The position numbers and the translations under genes were made by a program. From assembly GCA_963749495.1 (NCBI GenBank), contig CAVVMW010000023.1, positions 736,001 through 800,000 on the forward strand: DNA of 64,000 nt. Reading direction: 5' to 3'. The notes beneath the pieces were generated by a model. It was not told where the DNA came from. It saw nothing but the letters and a program-made list of their open reading frames with translations, and did not search any database. Each line of letters starts with the position of its first letter. Position 1 is the stretch's first letter. This document shows, piece by piece, positions 1-9,601 of this stretch. Source of the DNA: an uncultured bacterium. Lineage in GTDB: Bacteria > Verrucomicrobiota > Verrucomicrobiia > Limisphaerales > UBA8199.

Positions 1-145
1 TAAGCGGCAGGGAATGCGATAGGGCCACCGCCTTTGGATTGTTCAGCCAGCTTTCAGAGTAACAGAATCCCACCTGGCCATGCTCATTTTGAATGAGCTG
101 GCCGACCAACTCTCGACGCAAGTAAACGTCCAGCTTGTGCGACAT
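1..145 (-). CDS. hipA: HipA-family toxin kinase, N-terminal part (runs off the window edge)
   Basis: ATG at 145 reads MSHKLDVYLRRELVGQLIQNEHGQVGFCYSESWLNNPKAVALSHSLPL, a typical HipA N-terminal (couple_hipA) pattern. Lies directly downstream of an HTH antitoxin. Confidence 0.85.
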   Translation of the reverse strand, partial: MSHKLDVYLRRELVGQLIQNEHGQVGFCYSESWLNNPKAVALSHSLPL

Positions 146-148
146 CCG

Positions 149-379
149 TTAAACTCCCTTCTTGTCGTCCCTAACGGGCGGAACGAACTCGATTTTGATG
201 CCCAGTGTCTGGAGGACGGTAAGGGCCTTGCCAAGCTGGCAGGTGGGCTTTCCCTGCTCCATCTCGATGATGAACCGCAAGCCTGTGCCGGAGGTCATCG
301 CCAAAGCCTTCTGCGTGACCCCCATGCCCTTGCGGGTGCTTTTGACCAACTCGCCAATGGTTTTAGCTGTATGCTGCAT
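149..379 (-). CDS. hipB: HipB/y4mF-type XRE HTH antitoxin
   Basis: 76 aa XRE HTH (IGELVKSTRKGMGVTQKALAMTSGTGLRFIIEMEQGKPTCQLGKAL), 3 nt upstream of the hipA start. Confidence 0.85.
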   Translation of the reverse strand: MQHTAKTIGELVKSTRKGMGVTQKALAMTSGTGLRFIIEMEQGKPTCQLGKALTVLQTLGIKIEFVPPVRDDKKGV

Positions 380-380
380 G

Positions 381-496
381 TTACCGAGCGGTAATATTCT
401 ACCACTTCTGCGAAGAAATCAAGCGAATTGTTCCCGAACGGGAATAATTTAGGCAGCAGGTACAACCCTGACGGTCTATATTCCCGGTCGGGAATA
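381..496. promoter_or_regulatory. Three palindromic operators upstream of hipB
   Basis: TTACCGAGCGGTAA (381-394), TTCCCGAACGGGAA (431-444) and TTCCCGGTCGGGAA (481-494). HipB proteins are known to autorepress through multiple palindromes. Confidence 0.75.
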
Positions 497-708
497 AAAG
501 TTCACCACTATGCGGAACGGCTCGGAACGACAAGTTGAGCGTGCTTTCAGCGGTTCAACGACTCGGTTCCAAGATTCCCAAAGTGCGTCTCTGCCCCAAA
601 CCATGTTGGCAACGCTCGAAAGCCGAAGAGCTTTGCTCAATGAAGATCTGCGGCGCATAAGGCCAGGCTCCAGCATTTCATCATCCCCGCAAGGCCAAGA
701 GAAGCACG

Positions 709-924
709 ATGCAAATCATGAGAGAGCGAATAAACACCCTCGTCGACAAGGCGTATTCCATCCATGAAGAATTGGAAAGGATCGAGCGCGAACTGCGCCA
801 CCACCTAATCAACAAAGGCAAACTTCCGGAGGGGCAAGCGTTGTGCCATCTGGCACAACTCGGTTTGAGCGCATGCCGGGACCGGCTGCGCGAACTCCGG
901 GAGATGGTCCACGCAACCCGGTGA
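709..924 (+). CDS. Small helical hypothetical protein
   Basis: 71 aa, ATG start, coiled-coil-like composition, upstream of the methyltransferase. Confidence 0.5.
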   Translation: MQIMRERINTLVDKAYSIHEELERIERELRHHLINKGKLPEGQALCHLAQLGLSACRDRLRELREMVHATR

Positions 925-994
925 GCGCCCCTGCAGGCGCGAAGGAAGGGACTCGAAACAAGAACCGCCGTGCCCGCCAAGGAGAAACCCAAAA

Positions 995-2344
995 ATGCTG
1001 ACCGCCTTTCAGAAGCTCGGTTGGAATCGAAACTGCCCGCGCGTCTGGATTGAATCCACCCGGCTCCAGCAGTTGGGCTTTGAGGCGGGCAGCTTTCTGG
1101 ACGTGCAATTCAGGGCCAACAATACCCTGCACATGGTTCCCGTTGGTCACCACACCCGCAACCGGGTGTCGCAACGCCTGATGTCGGGGTTGCGCTGCCC
1201 GATCATCAACCTGAACAGCCGCCGGCTCCTGAGCGAGTTTCAAGGGCACACGGAAATCAAACTGGTCGCGAGCCACAAGATGCTGCGGGTGTCTCCTTCG
1301 GTGCGGTCGTTCCACATCCGGCGCCACCGGGAACAGAGCCTACCCCTGCAGACCGTTGAATACTTTGCCGGCGGCGCCACATTGACCAGCGCCATCACCG
1401 ATGACCCGAGGTTCAAGCTCGTCGCGGCCGTCGAAATCTCGCCCAGGTTCGCTTCGCATTTCGCTCTGGAGCACCCCGGCGTGCCACTATACCAATGCGA
1501 CATTCGTGATCTGGACCCCGGCGACCTGCCACCGGCCGCGTTCATGTTCGCCAGCTTGCCTTGTACTTGCTTTTCGACCGCCGGCACGGCCAAAAAACAC
1601 TTGAAGAAGGCCAACGAACTCGGCGACACGGGCAACCTGTTCCTCGCCTTTGCGCATCACGTCGCTGCACAGATGCCGCTGGCGGTAATGGTCGAGAACG
1701 TCCCTGGCTTCTTTGGGAAGGCCACAATAGCCGGACGCGTGTTGATGGCGCATCTCGAGCGGCTCGGCTACCACGTTCATGGCTTCGAGCTGAAACCGTG
1801 GGATGAATGGGCTGAACCCCAAGACCGGAGGCGCGGGGTCATGGTCGCCACTCTGTTCTCCCGTTTTTATCCGAGCATCCCGATGACTCCGTTTCTGGGG
1901 ACCGCAGGAGACTACCTGGACGCACCCGACCCCGAACGCGACCGCCGGGAAGCCGGCCGGATCAGGAATCGGATTGCGGGCAGAGAGAGGCACATGGAGC
2001 GGCACCGGGCGGCGGGTGACCGGTTCGGTTTCAGCGTGATCAACCATCAGAGCCGGAAGGTGCCAACGATCCTGCGCAGCTACTGGAAGGTAAACATGGG
2101 GCCGTTTGTCGAATGTGAGGGCGGCGTTCGCCTGCTGCGAATCCCTGAAATCGAACGCTTGATGGGCTTCGCGCCGAAGAAAGGCTTCACCAGCCGGTCC
2201 TACCCGACGGCCGTCGAGATTCTGGGGCAAGGCGTGCAAACCCGCATTTTCCGCCAATTGCTGCGTCAACTGGGCGACTTCCTTGAACACATGCTGAAAA
2301 CCGGCAAAGTGGCGGCGCCGCCGCAGCGCCGGCTGTTCGACTGA
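995..2344 (+). CDS. DNA (cytosine-5) methyltransferase with an extra N-terminal SymE/AbrB-like domain
   Basis: Motifs I (EYFAGG), IV (SLPCTCFS), VI (MVENVPGF), VIII (PQDRRR) and X (LGQGV). About 115 extra N-terminal residues (PRVWIESTRLQQLGFEAG). Confidence 0.9.
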   Translation: MLTAFQKLGWNRNCPRVWIESTRLQQLGFEAGSFLDVQFRANNTLHMVPVGHHTRNRVSQRLMSGLRCPIINLNSRRLLSEFQGHTEIKLVASHKMLRVSPSVRSFHIRRHREQSLPLQTVEYFAGGATLTSAITDDPRFKLVAAVEISPRFASHFALEHPGVPLYQCDIRDLDPGDLPPAAFMFASLPCTCFSTAGTAKKHLKKANELGDTGNLFLAFAHHVAAQMPLAVMVENVPGFFGKATIAGRVLMAHLERLGYHVHGFELKPWDEWAEPQDRRRGVMVATLFSRFYPSIPMTPFLGTAGDYLDAPDPERDRREAGRIRNRIAGRERHMERHRAAGDRFGFSVINHQSRKVPTILRSYWKVNMGPFVECEGGVRLLRIPEIERLMGFAPKKGFTSRSYPTAVEILGQGVQTRIFRQLLRQLGDFLEHMLKTGKVAAPPQRRLFD

Positions 2345-2608
2345 CAAGCTGGGTGGAGGACGACGCGTGCGGTTGCTGGGCCGAGCGCAGGATCCGGTTG
2401 AATTGCTCCTGGAGGGAAACAGCCCGCAGGAACGCAACACCAGTCGAAACGAAGTCGAAAGCGGGGCGTGCGCGCTTCAGGGCCGCCGCCGGACTTTCCG
2501 CTTGCACTCAAGATAATCCCTTCCAAGCGCCGCTCGTTTAACGCAACGGGCCTGAGGGTCAACGAAAAGCAGTTTGCCGCGGGCGAGACGTGCCGTCAGT
2601 CACGGGTT

Positions 2609-2872
2609 TCAGCCGAATAAATCGAAGGAAATGCCACGAGGCTGCCGAGGTTTAACCGCCTTCTTGACCTCTCGTCTCACCAGTTTCCTGATCTCCTTCT
2701 TCTGCTTCTGTTCCGCGCCCTTGCCGGACAGAGTCGCACAAGCGCCCGCAACGGCCATACCGGCGGCCAACGCGCCCAGTTTTGGGAGGCCGCTCCGACC
2801 GATGCATTGGAAGCGTTGGCCGCCATCCTGTATCGCCTGAAACAACTGACTTTGTGTGCCCGAGAACTTCAT
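2609..2872 (-). CDS. Small hypothetical protein with one hydrophobic segment
   Basis: 87 aa, hydrophobic stretch LGALAAGMAVAGACATL followed by a basic tail. Confidence 0.4.
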   Translation of the reverse strand: MKFSGTQSQLFQAIQDGGQRFQCIGRSGLPKLGALAAGMAVAGACATLSGKGAEQKQKKEIRKLVRREVKKAVKPRQPRGISFDLFG

Positions 2873-3200
2873 ACTTCATTGTACGCCGAGGGGAGGGTGT
2901 AATTCGGGACGTTGGCCTGCCTTGTTCCCGGTCGTTTTCGCCATGCTCCATTTTAGGCCGCAAAAGGGTGTCTTGCGGCTCACCTCCGGCATCGGTCGCT
3001 CGGCGCCCGTTTCCTGAAAGCAAACGAGACCCGCCATGGGTGGTGGAAATGCGGCGGAACTGCCCCCCTTTTGGATTTCGCTGTCCTGTTTTGGGCCTGA
3101 AATTTGCTCTTTGCGCCTGCAAATTTGTGAAGTACACGCGGCACAAACACACCCTCCCAGTCATATAATGGAGGATGAACGTGGCTGAAGACAAAAAACC

Positions 3201-3659
3201 ATGAAAACCAGAAGGATTTTGACCCTGGCCCTCGGCGCGCGATTGTTCCTCGGAATAACTTCTTCGTTCGGACAAACCAATGACCAGACAGGCGTTGTCT
3301 TGAAGCGGGACAGCGTTGTCTCGAATTTGGGCGAACCTCGAAATCAGCGGGTGATCGCCAAAGGCGCCGACGCTGGCCGCGATCATTTGATTCAAATCCG
3401 CAATCAGGTCAACCGACGCCCTGCCGGCGCCGGGGCTGCCGCAAACGACGCCCCGACCGAAATAGGCGACCTCGAATGGACCGGCCAGTACGTCGAACGC
3501 TTCCTGCGCATACCGGAGGGGAACTCCGGAAAACCGAAGCTCGTCAGATTTCTTATCCCTGTCTACCGGGGAAAAAGCACTAAACCGGAGGCGTCGGTTG
3601 GAACCGAGGATAAGCGAGAGCAAGATCAACGGGTGCCGGAAGTCAGTTCCGCGCAATAG
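3201..3659 (+). CDS. Hypothetical exported protein
   Basis: Signal-peptide-like N-terminus MKTRRILTLALGARLFLG; TATAAT at 3164-3169 upstream. Confidence 0.5.
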   Translation: MKTRRILTLALGARLFLGITSSFGQTNDQTGVVLKRDSVVSNLGEPRNQRVIAKGADAGRDHLIQIRNQVNRRPAGAGAAANDAPTEIGDLEWTGQYVERFLRIPEGNSGKPKLVRFLIPVYRGKSTKPEASVGTEDKREQDQRVPEVSSAQ

Positions 3660-3752
3660 GGGTAAGGTCGCCTTTGCTTGCCGGTGTTGGTGCCTGAAAT
3701 ACCCTCCGCCGCAATTTATCATGGGTGGAGTTTAGTCTCGAATCGGAGTCGC

Positions 3753-4580
3753 ATGAGTACGACGTACCTGGACAACTATTTGAATGACATCGGACGATTC
3801 GCGTTGCTGACAGCGGAAGAAGAAATCGAGTTGGGCAAGGCCATACGCGAAGGCAGCGGCGACGAAACCTCGCGGGCAGAAATCAAATTGATCGAGGCCA
3901 ACCTCAGGTTAGTGGTGTCCGTTGCCAAACGCTGGCAGCACACGCACCTCAACATGGAGGAATTGATCTCCGCCGGCAACGAAGGGCTGCAAATCGCCGC
4001 CAAGAAATACAATTACCGCGTGGGCACCCGTTTTTCGACTTACGCCACCCAATGGATCGAGCAGAGCATTCGCATGGCGGCCAATCACGCGCACACGGTC
4101 CGAGTTCCGATCCGGCGCTCTTACCAGCTGCACAAGGTGCTCACCGCTCCCAGCTACAATGAAGACGCCCCATGCCAGGACGCGGAACAAATCGCGCGCG
4201 AGACCAACCTGCGGGTTTCCAACGTCCGTTACGTCCTGCGCAACCGGGTGACCGAGGTGAGCCTCGATTCACCCGCCTGCGATGGGAGCGACGAATCAGT
4301 GGGCGGGGTCATCCCGGACGAGTGCTGTCTCCAGCAGGAGCTGATGCAAAGCGAAGACCTCGAGATCGTCCGCAAAGCCTTGGCGGAGTGCCTGAGCGAA
4401 CAGCAACAGTTTGTCATCAAGCAGCGCTTCGGATTCGACGGGCCCAAGGTAACCCTCAAGGCGATTGGCGATCAAATCGGGCTGACCCACGAGCGGGTTC
4501 GCAAGATTGAGCAAAAAGCCCTGGCCAGCCTTCGCCAGAAGCTCAGCGAGGCGCTCCAGCTTACCCTGGAGGCCGCTTAA
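3753..4580 (+). CDS. RNA polymerase sigma-70 factor, RpoD/RpoS-like (regions 1.2-4)
   Basis: YLNDIGRFALLTAEEEIEL (1.2), LIEANLRLVVSVAK (2.1), RFSTYATQWIEQSI (2.3-2.4), TLKAIGDQIGLTHERVRKIEQKAL (4.2). Confidence 0.93.
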   Translation: MSTTYLDNYLNDIGRFALLTAEEEIELGKAIREGSGDETSRAEIKLIEANLRLVVSVAKRWQHTHLNMEELISAGNEGLQIAAKKYNYRVGTRFSTYATQWIEQSIRMAANHAHTVRVPIRRSYQLHKVLTAPSYNEDAPCQDAEQIARETNLRVSNVRYVLRNRVTEVSLDSPACDGSDESVGGVIPDECCLQQELMQSEDLEIVRKALAECLSEQQQFVIKQRFGFDGPKVTLKAIGDQIGLTHERVRKIEQKALASLRQKLSEALQLTLEAA

Positions 4581-4645
4581 GACGAAGCGCTGCCCAAGAG
4601 CGGGATTTGCTGCCGGGGAACTCCCCCGTCACACCAGCAGCGCGG

Positions 4646-5861
4646 ATGAAATTTCAGCGGAGCCATTACGTCCCGGAACCTTACCGCATCGCGTCGCTGG
4701 GCGGGCGGCTCCTCCAGATACCCAAGGCCGAAGACCGACGGCTTCAGAGGGAAATTTACGACCAGGTCAAACACTTGTGCCCGGTCCAATGGCATCCCGA
4801 GCAGGTCCAGAAGCGCATACGGGAGGCTCTCGGCGCCGGCACAAAGAAAATGGCCTTGCGGGCCGACTTGCGGAATTGTTTCGGCACCATTCCCCAGACC
4901 CTGGTCTGTTCCCGTGTCGAGGCTCTGCCTTTGCCCGAACACTTGCGGCAGGGTCTGCTCAATGTGATCCGACCCGTCCCACGGGGCTTGCCCACGGGAA
5001 GCCCGCTTTCTCCCTGGCTGGCCGAGCTGGTTCTGCGCGACGTGGACGCTGCGATGGGCCGGTTCGCTCACTATTTCCGCTACGTGGACGATATTCTGCG
5101 TCCTGGGCAGCGCCGAGGAGTGCGCGGCCGCCAAAACATGCCTCGAGCAGGTGCTCCGGCCCTTGGGGATGGCCTTGAGCCCTGAAAAAACCTGCATCCT
5201 GCCCGCTGAAAAACTCGTCTTCCTCGGCCGCTCTTATCAAACCCTCGACGACACGCGGTTGCTCGAAGTGGACCTGGGCGGCGACACGTTCCGATTGCCC
5301 AACCACAAGCAGGTCTGGTTCCGCGTCAACAAGACCGGCCGGCCTTACAGCGACGCCGGCGGGCGCATCACCTACAGCCTGAGCTGCCTGCTTAACCGCA
5401 TGAGCCAACAGCCCACGCCTTACCTGCTGGAGATGCTGATGCTGCGCCCTCCGTGCGAGGACGCCGCGCTCAATCGCATCATCCAGACTCCCGAGCTGAT
5501 CATCGACCAGGGCCTGCCGCACGCCATGCACGGGAAGATATACCGCCACTATCTCTCCAGCGTGAAAGGACTGCTCGGACGCAAAGCGGCTCTGCCCATC
5601 GGCGCCGCCGGCGAAGTCTTCCGTTGGCTTCACCTGACGAATCACATTATGCAGGCAGGCCGGCTGCCGGAGGATTACCAGGAGGCGGCGGCGGAATGGC
5701 CGGAATTCCTCGAAGCCTTGGAAGCGGGTCAATTCGAGCCCTACCACCGGCGGGTCAAAGAACTTTTCAAGCAGGAATACCGGCTTCGCACCGGACTGCG
5801 CACAGGGGCAACCGCGCTGCCGGCGGTCAAACCAGCCGTGGCGGCCTTCACTCTTGATTAA
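4646..5861 (+). CDS. Compact reverse transcriptase with an unknown C-terminal domain; split by a +1 frameshift at about 5094 (about 404 aa when restored)
   Basis: RT motifs RLLQIPKAEDRRLQ, ADLRNCFGTIP, GLPTGSPLSP and YFRYVDD in ORF 4607-5185; LSPEKT and VFLG in ORF 5151-5861. Removing one T from GATATTCTGC gives YVDDICVLGSAEECAAAKTCLEQVLRPLG. Confidence 0.88.
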
Positions 5862-7276
5862 GAGACTGAGAAGCTGACCCGTTCGCCGCCTGGTCCTTGT
5901 GATTTCTCGGCCTGGATGGAAAACAACCGCGGTTGCGGCCTGGGATCGTAAAGCGCATTCCAGAGGCCTTTCCGGTGGGCGATCGCATTCAGGTTCGCCT
6001 CGAGAAATTCCTGCATTTTGGGGTGATAAGGCTGGAAGTTCGTCACCCGAGCCAGTCCCTGCTCCACCAGAAGTTGGTTGACGCAAACCTCCTTGCCGGA
6101 GGCCGGATCCCGCGCATAGAGGTAACACGGCAGCCGTCCATAGAGCGCCGGTTGATTCTTGGCCACTTCCACGCGCACCTTCGAGCCCGGGGGAGTCAGT
6201 TGCCGGACCATTTCCCAGGCCTTCTGGGCGCCGGGCTGGGATTTATCCGGGCTCTGATGGTCAACCTCCGGCGTGTCGATGCCGATCAAGCGGTAACGCC
6301 CGCGCCGGCCTACAAAGGTGTCTCCATCCACGACCTGCGCCACTGTTTCGGTGCTCGACTCCAGCTCGTAGGCGGATGGGGCGATTCGGATCGTGTGATG
6401 GCCCCATTCGCGCGCTTTGACGGCCGGGCTGACGCGGCGAAGGGCGATATTGTTGTCGCCCACCGGGAAATTGCGCAATGCCTCCAAGAATTCCGGGTCA
6501 ACCTGGCCATCCCCATTCACCGGAATACCTTCCTGCACGCCGCGGGCCACGAGGTCCAACCGCTGGTCCTGTATGATGCGGTTGCCCATCTTGATGTAGC
6601 GTTTCAGGGCGGCGATCGCCAGCAACAAACCCACCACGCCTTTCAGGCCCATCGATTTGTAGGCCAACATGCCGGCCAAGGCGCCCAGCACCGCAAGTGT
6701 CGGCGGGCTGGCCTGGCGCACAAACCCTAACGTCGCATCGAGCATCCTGTCCCCAGACAGTCCCGGCAGTAGATCCATGTCCTCGCGTGTCTCGACGGGA
6801 TAAAGGCTCGAATCCACGCTGGCCTGCCCGTGAGGCAACCCTGCCGGTGGCGGCGCTTCGGATTTGATCTCCGGCGACTCCTGCCGCAGGAGTTCCATTT
6901 GCTGCTCAAAGTACGGGTTGGCCTCCGGCGGAGATACCAGCCAGAAATCCTCAGCCGGCACGAAGAGGCCCCCGGACTTGTTCCTGGCCAGCTCCTGCAG
7001 AGTATCGTCAACGTTCTGCACGGGTCTGCGCGTCCTGCCGTCGGCAGTGCGGACCTCCAGGTCCTGAGGGCGCAAATGAGAGAAATAGACCATGCGCACC
7101 ACGTCGCTGTCCGCAGCGCAGTAAGAGACCCCGGTGGCCAGGTCATGGAGTTGAAGCGACGGATCCGAAGCGACTCCCTTGAGAAAGGCCGGCGCCGCCT
7201 TCTGAAAAGGCAGCTCTTTGCTTGGATCCGGCTTGTCGCCTGCTCGCAGCAAAACGTAGCCGGCAGTATCGGGCAT
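5858..7276 (-). CDS. Membrane-anchored thermonuclease (SNase-family) protein
   Basis: C-terminal VVDGDTF, RLIGIDTPE, YGRL and VNQLLVEQGLARV motifs; two central hydrophobic helices. Confidence 0.85.
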   Translation of the reverse strand: MPDTAGYVLLRAGDKPDPSKELPFQKAAPAFLKGVASDPSLQLHDLATGVSYCAADSDVVRMVYFSHLRPQDLEVRTADGRTRRPVQNVDDTLQELARNKSGGLFVPAEDFWLVSPPEANPYFEQQMELLRQESPEIKSEAPPPAGLPHGQASVDSSLYPVETREDMDLLPGLSGDRMLDATLGFVRQASPPTLAVLGALAGMLAYKSMGLKGVVGLLLAIAALKRYIKMGNRIIQDQRLDLVARGVQEGIPVNGDGQVDPEFLEALRNFPVGDNNIALRRVSPAVKAREWGHHTIRIAPSAYELESSTETVAQVVDGDTFVGRRGRYRLIGIDTPEVDHQSPDKSQPGAQKAWEMVRQLTPPGSKVRVEVAKNQPALYGRLPCYLYARDPASGKEVCVNQLLVEQGLARVTNFQPYHPKMQEFLEANLNAIAHRKGLWNALYDPRPQPRLFSIQAEKSQGPGGERVSFSVS

Positions 7277-7279
7277 ACC

Positions 7280-7552
7280 TCATTCTACGGGCTCCGAGGG
7301 GTATCGCATCAACGATGCCCGCAAGGAACGGCGCAACTTTTCCAGGATCGGCGCGTCGTTCCCAGCCGCCAAGACAAACGGGATCACCTGGCGACTCAAG
7401 GCGAGACGGTAGGGAGGATAAAACATGTTCACCTTGATGTGCCGGGGAAAGCGCGCCATCAACTGCCTGAAATCCGGCAGCAGGCACAGACACCCCAGAT
7501 CCACCAGGGGCATGCGCACAACCATGATTTGCCTGGATTGGGCGATCCTCAT
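7280..7552 (-). CDS. Hypothetical protein
   Basis: ATG overlaps the prepilin stop (TGATG); ends 3 nt before the thermonuclease start. Confidence 0.5.
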   Translation of the reverse strand: MRIAQSRQIMVVRMPLVDLGCLCLLPDFRQLMARFPRHIKVNMFYPPYRLALSRQVIPFVLAAGNDAPILEKLRRSLRASLMRYPSEPVE

Positions 7553-7917
7553 CAAGGCGCGGGGGCCCAATAATAAATCCCGTTGGTTTGGGTGAGGACC
7601 ACATCCTCGGCGCTGACAAGAGACGCGAGGAAGCCGGCAGCCTTGAGCGCCGCGATTCGGCCTGGACTGTCGGTTGGAGGGCAAACCGGTGCCTGGCCCA
7701 AACCCGGCGCAGTGGAACTGTTATAGTCCAAGAGCGAACGCTCCGCGCCATTGAGGGCGGCAGCGGCGCCGGTCCGGCGCAGGAGCAGCGCGCTGTCCTT
7801 TCCCGACACGAACACCGCAATGACAACGCCGGCCAGGATCAATAGAACGGACACCACCGCGATCAGCTCGATCGCCGTAAAGCCTCGTAGTCGCTGCCGG
7901 CTGATGGTTCGGAGCAA
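7552..7917 (-). CDS. Prepilin-type N-terminal methylation domain protein (start uncertain)
   Basis: Type IV prepilin cleavage motif RG|FTAIELIAVVSVLLILAGVVIAVF. Confidence 0.75.
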   Translation of the reverse strand: MLRTISRQRLRGFTAIELIAVVSVLLILAGVVIAVFVSGKDSALLLRRTGAAAALNGAERSLLDYNSSTAPGLGQAPVCPPTDSPGRIAALKAAGFLASLVSAEDVVLTQTNGIYYWAPAP

Positions 7918-8381
7918 GGTTTCGCGAAGCTGAAGGCAACGCAACAGTGCTTGTAAAGCCGCGTCCCGACGACGTATGCAAGCACCCACGCCAGGCCGGC
8001 AGGGGACGGCAGCAGGAAGCTGAGGGACAGGTTATTGGCGTGGAGGCAAATCTTGGTCCAGGAATAACCCATCCGCAGGAAATGGATGTAGAGCGAATAG
8101 CAAATCCCCACGTGCAACAATCCGGCCAGCAGGATCAGCTTCAAGAGCCATTTGTGTTCGCGGTTGTGTTGCTGAAGTTGGCCCAGTTGCGCCCCAACTT
8201 CCCGGTAAAGGGACGCCCCGGCCGGACTGGAAGCGGTTTGCCGGGAGAGGTCCGATACCATTTGGTCAATGCGCCGGTTGAATTTCTCCACGTTGAGCCC
8301 AGAATAGAGGAAGATGAGCGCTTGCAGAATGATGACTGCCAGGCTCAGGCGCGACAGAATCAAATAGTAACGTTTCACCAC
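7863..8381 (-). CDS. Multi-pass membrane hypothetical protein
   Basis: Three hydrophobic segments in 172 aa. Confidence 0.55.
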   Translation of the reverse strand: MVKRYYLILSRLSLAVIILQALIFLYSGLNVEKFNRRIDQMVSDLSRQTASSPAGASLYREVGAQLGQLQQHNREHKWLLKLILLAGLLHVGICYSLYIHFLRMGYSWTKICLHANNLSLSFLLPSPAGLAWVLAYVVGTRLYKHCCVAFSFAKPCSEPSAGSDYEALRRSS

Positions 8382-8398
8382 TCCAGTATAAGGCTTTC

Positions 8399-8803
8399 AT
8401 GCGCCGCCTATGGTTCCATGGCGGGTTCACACTGGTTGAAATCATCGCGGTTGTCGCGCTGCTGGCGATCCTCGGCACCGGCGCCTTGGTTGGCCTTAAG
8501 CAAGCAAGAGACAACACCGCATTTCGAAAGGCGGTGCAGGACCTCAATGCGATCGATCTGGCCAAACAGACCTGGCAGCGATTCCATCCCAACGACACCT
8601 GGCCGACCAACGAACCCGACCGCTGGAACGCCGTCGCCGGACAGCTTAACCTGACGGGCAGCGCGGTGGAGACGCCGGCAGGAAGCGGCTACTACTACTG
8701 GGACAGGTTCACCCCGGCGGGCTACGCTTTCCACATCGGCTCGCTCGCAGACCCGGCCGCCGGCCAGTGCAACGGGACCCAGATCACGCGGCCCCTGGAT
8801 TAA
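8399..8803 (+). CDS. Type IV pilin/pseudopilin-like protein
   Basis: GG|FTLVEIIAVVALLAILGTGAL prepilin motif. Confidence 0.85.
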   Translation: MRRLWFHGGFTLVEIIAVVALLAILGTGALVGLKQARDNTAFRKAVQDLNAIDLAKQTWQRFHPNDTWPTNEPDRWNAVAGQLNLTGSAVETPAGSGYYYWDRFTPAGYAFHIGSLADPAAGQCNGTQITRPLD

Positions 8804-9525
8804 AGTTCGGCCCACTCGGGAGCCGGGTGGCCGCGAAACTGCGGCAGGTCCATCGAATGCAGGCTGCCCAGGAACGCGACCAGGTCCGGGTCGTAAACCG
8901 GCCGCACGGCAATGGTCTGGTCCGACCGCAACAGCACGCGCTCGCAAAAGATTCGGGCCACATGGCAGCCGTCCGGACAGCCCACCTTGACTTCCTGGGC
9001 TTCCAAGACACCCACCATCAAGCGATTGGCCGAAATGGAGAGGCGGCCTTGCGCGGTGACGCCTTCCAGATAGTCGGCGACAATATAGGAGTCGGACAGA
9101 TCGTCGGCCGACAAATTGAGGAAGTTCAACTCGCCGCGGCAGGAAACCCGGCTGTCCCGCATCAGGATTTCCTGTATAGTCTGCGGTTCCTGGGCTTGTT
9201 CATTAAACTCGTCTCTGGGGCCGGAAACCTCGTTCGCCTCGATCCAACTGCGTGAGAGATCAAGGCGCCTGGCCCGGACCACCGGCAGTTGAATGTCCCC
9301 GGTAACCTTCAAGGAAGCCACCTCCACCTGACCCATCGGCGAGGGCAAACCGTGGCCGCTGACAATCTCGAGGATGGCCTGGCTGTTCCTGACCGTCACC
9401 AACTGCGCCCGGGGGTCGGGCAGGTCATAATGGCGGTCACCGCAGAAGGCCCGTCCGTGGGCGCCCTGGGTGAAGTCCAGGACCAGATGATTTCCATCTT
9501 CCGGGCCGAACGAGCCTTTCGGCAC
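8800..9525 (-). CDS. Hypothetical protein, beta-rich
   Basis: 241-aa ORF with protein-like composition; no motif recognised. Confidence 0.5.
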   Translation of the reverse strand: MPKGSFGPEDGNHLVLDFTQGAHGRAFCGDRHYDLPDPRAQLVTVRNSQAILEIVSGHGLPSPMGQVEVASLKVTGDIQLPVVRARRLDLSRSWIEANEVSGPRDEFNEQAQEPQTIQEILMRDSRVSCRGELNFLNLSADDLSDSYIVADYLEGVTAQGRLSISANRLMVGVLEAQEVKVGCPDGCHVARIFCERVLLRSDQTIAVRPVYDPDLVAFLGSLHSMDLPQFRGHPAPEWAEL

Positions 9526-9601
9526 ACCGGGAACGGGAGCGGAGGGAACATCTGGACCTCAAAGAGCCGAATCCTTCAAGCTCACCAGCACCGACAAGGA
9601 A

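Noticed and set aside
3143..3169. Shared AAACAC...TATAAT motif with 50729-50754 as a promoter for the element's sigma factor
   Set aside because: Only two instances with unequal spacing; cannot be told apart from ordinary -10 boxes.
4646..5861. Retron, DGR or group II intron assignment for the RT
   Set aside because: No VTG motif, no SQ motif or TR/VR repeat, no room for intron RNA domains in the 65-nt upstream gap, and the stop overlaps a convergent gene.
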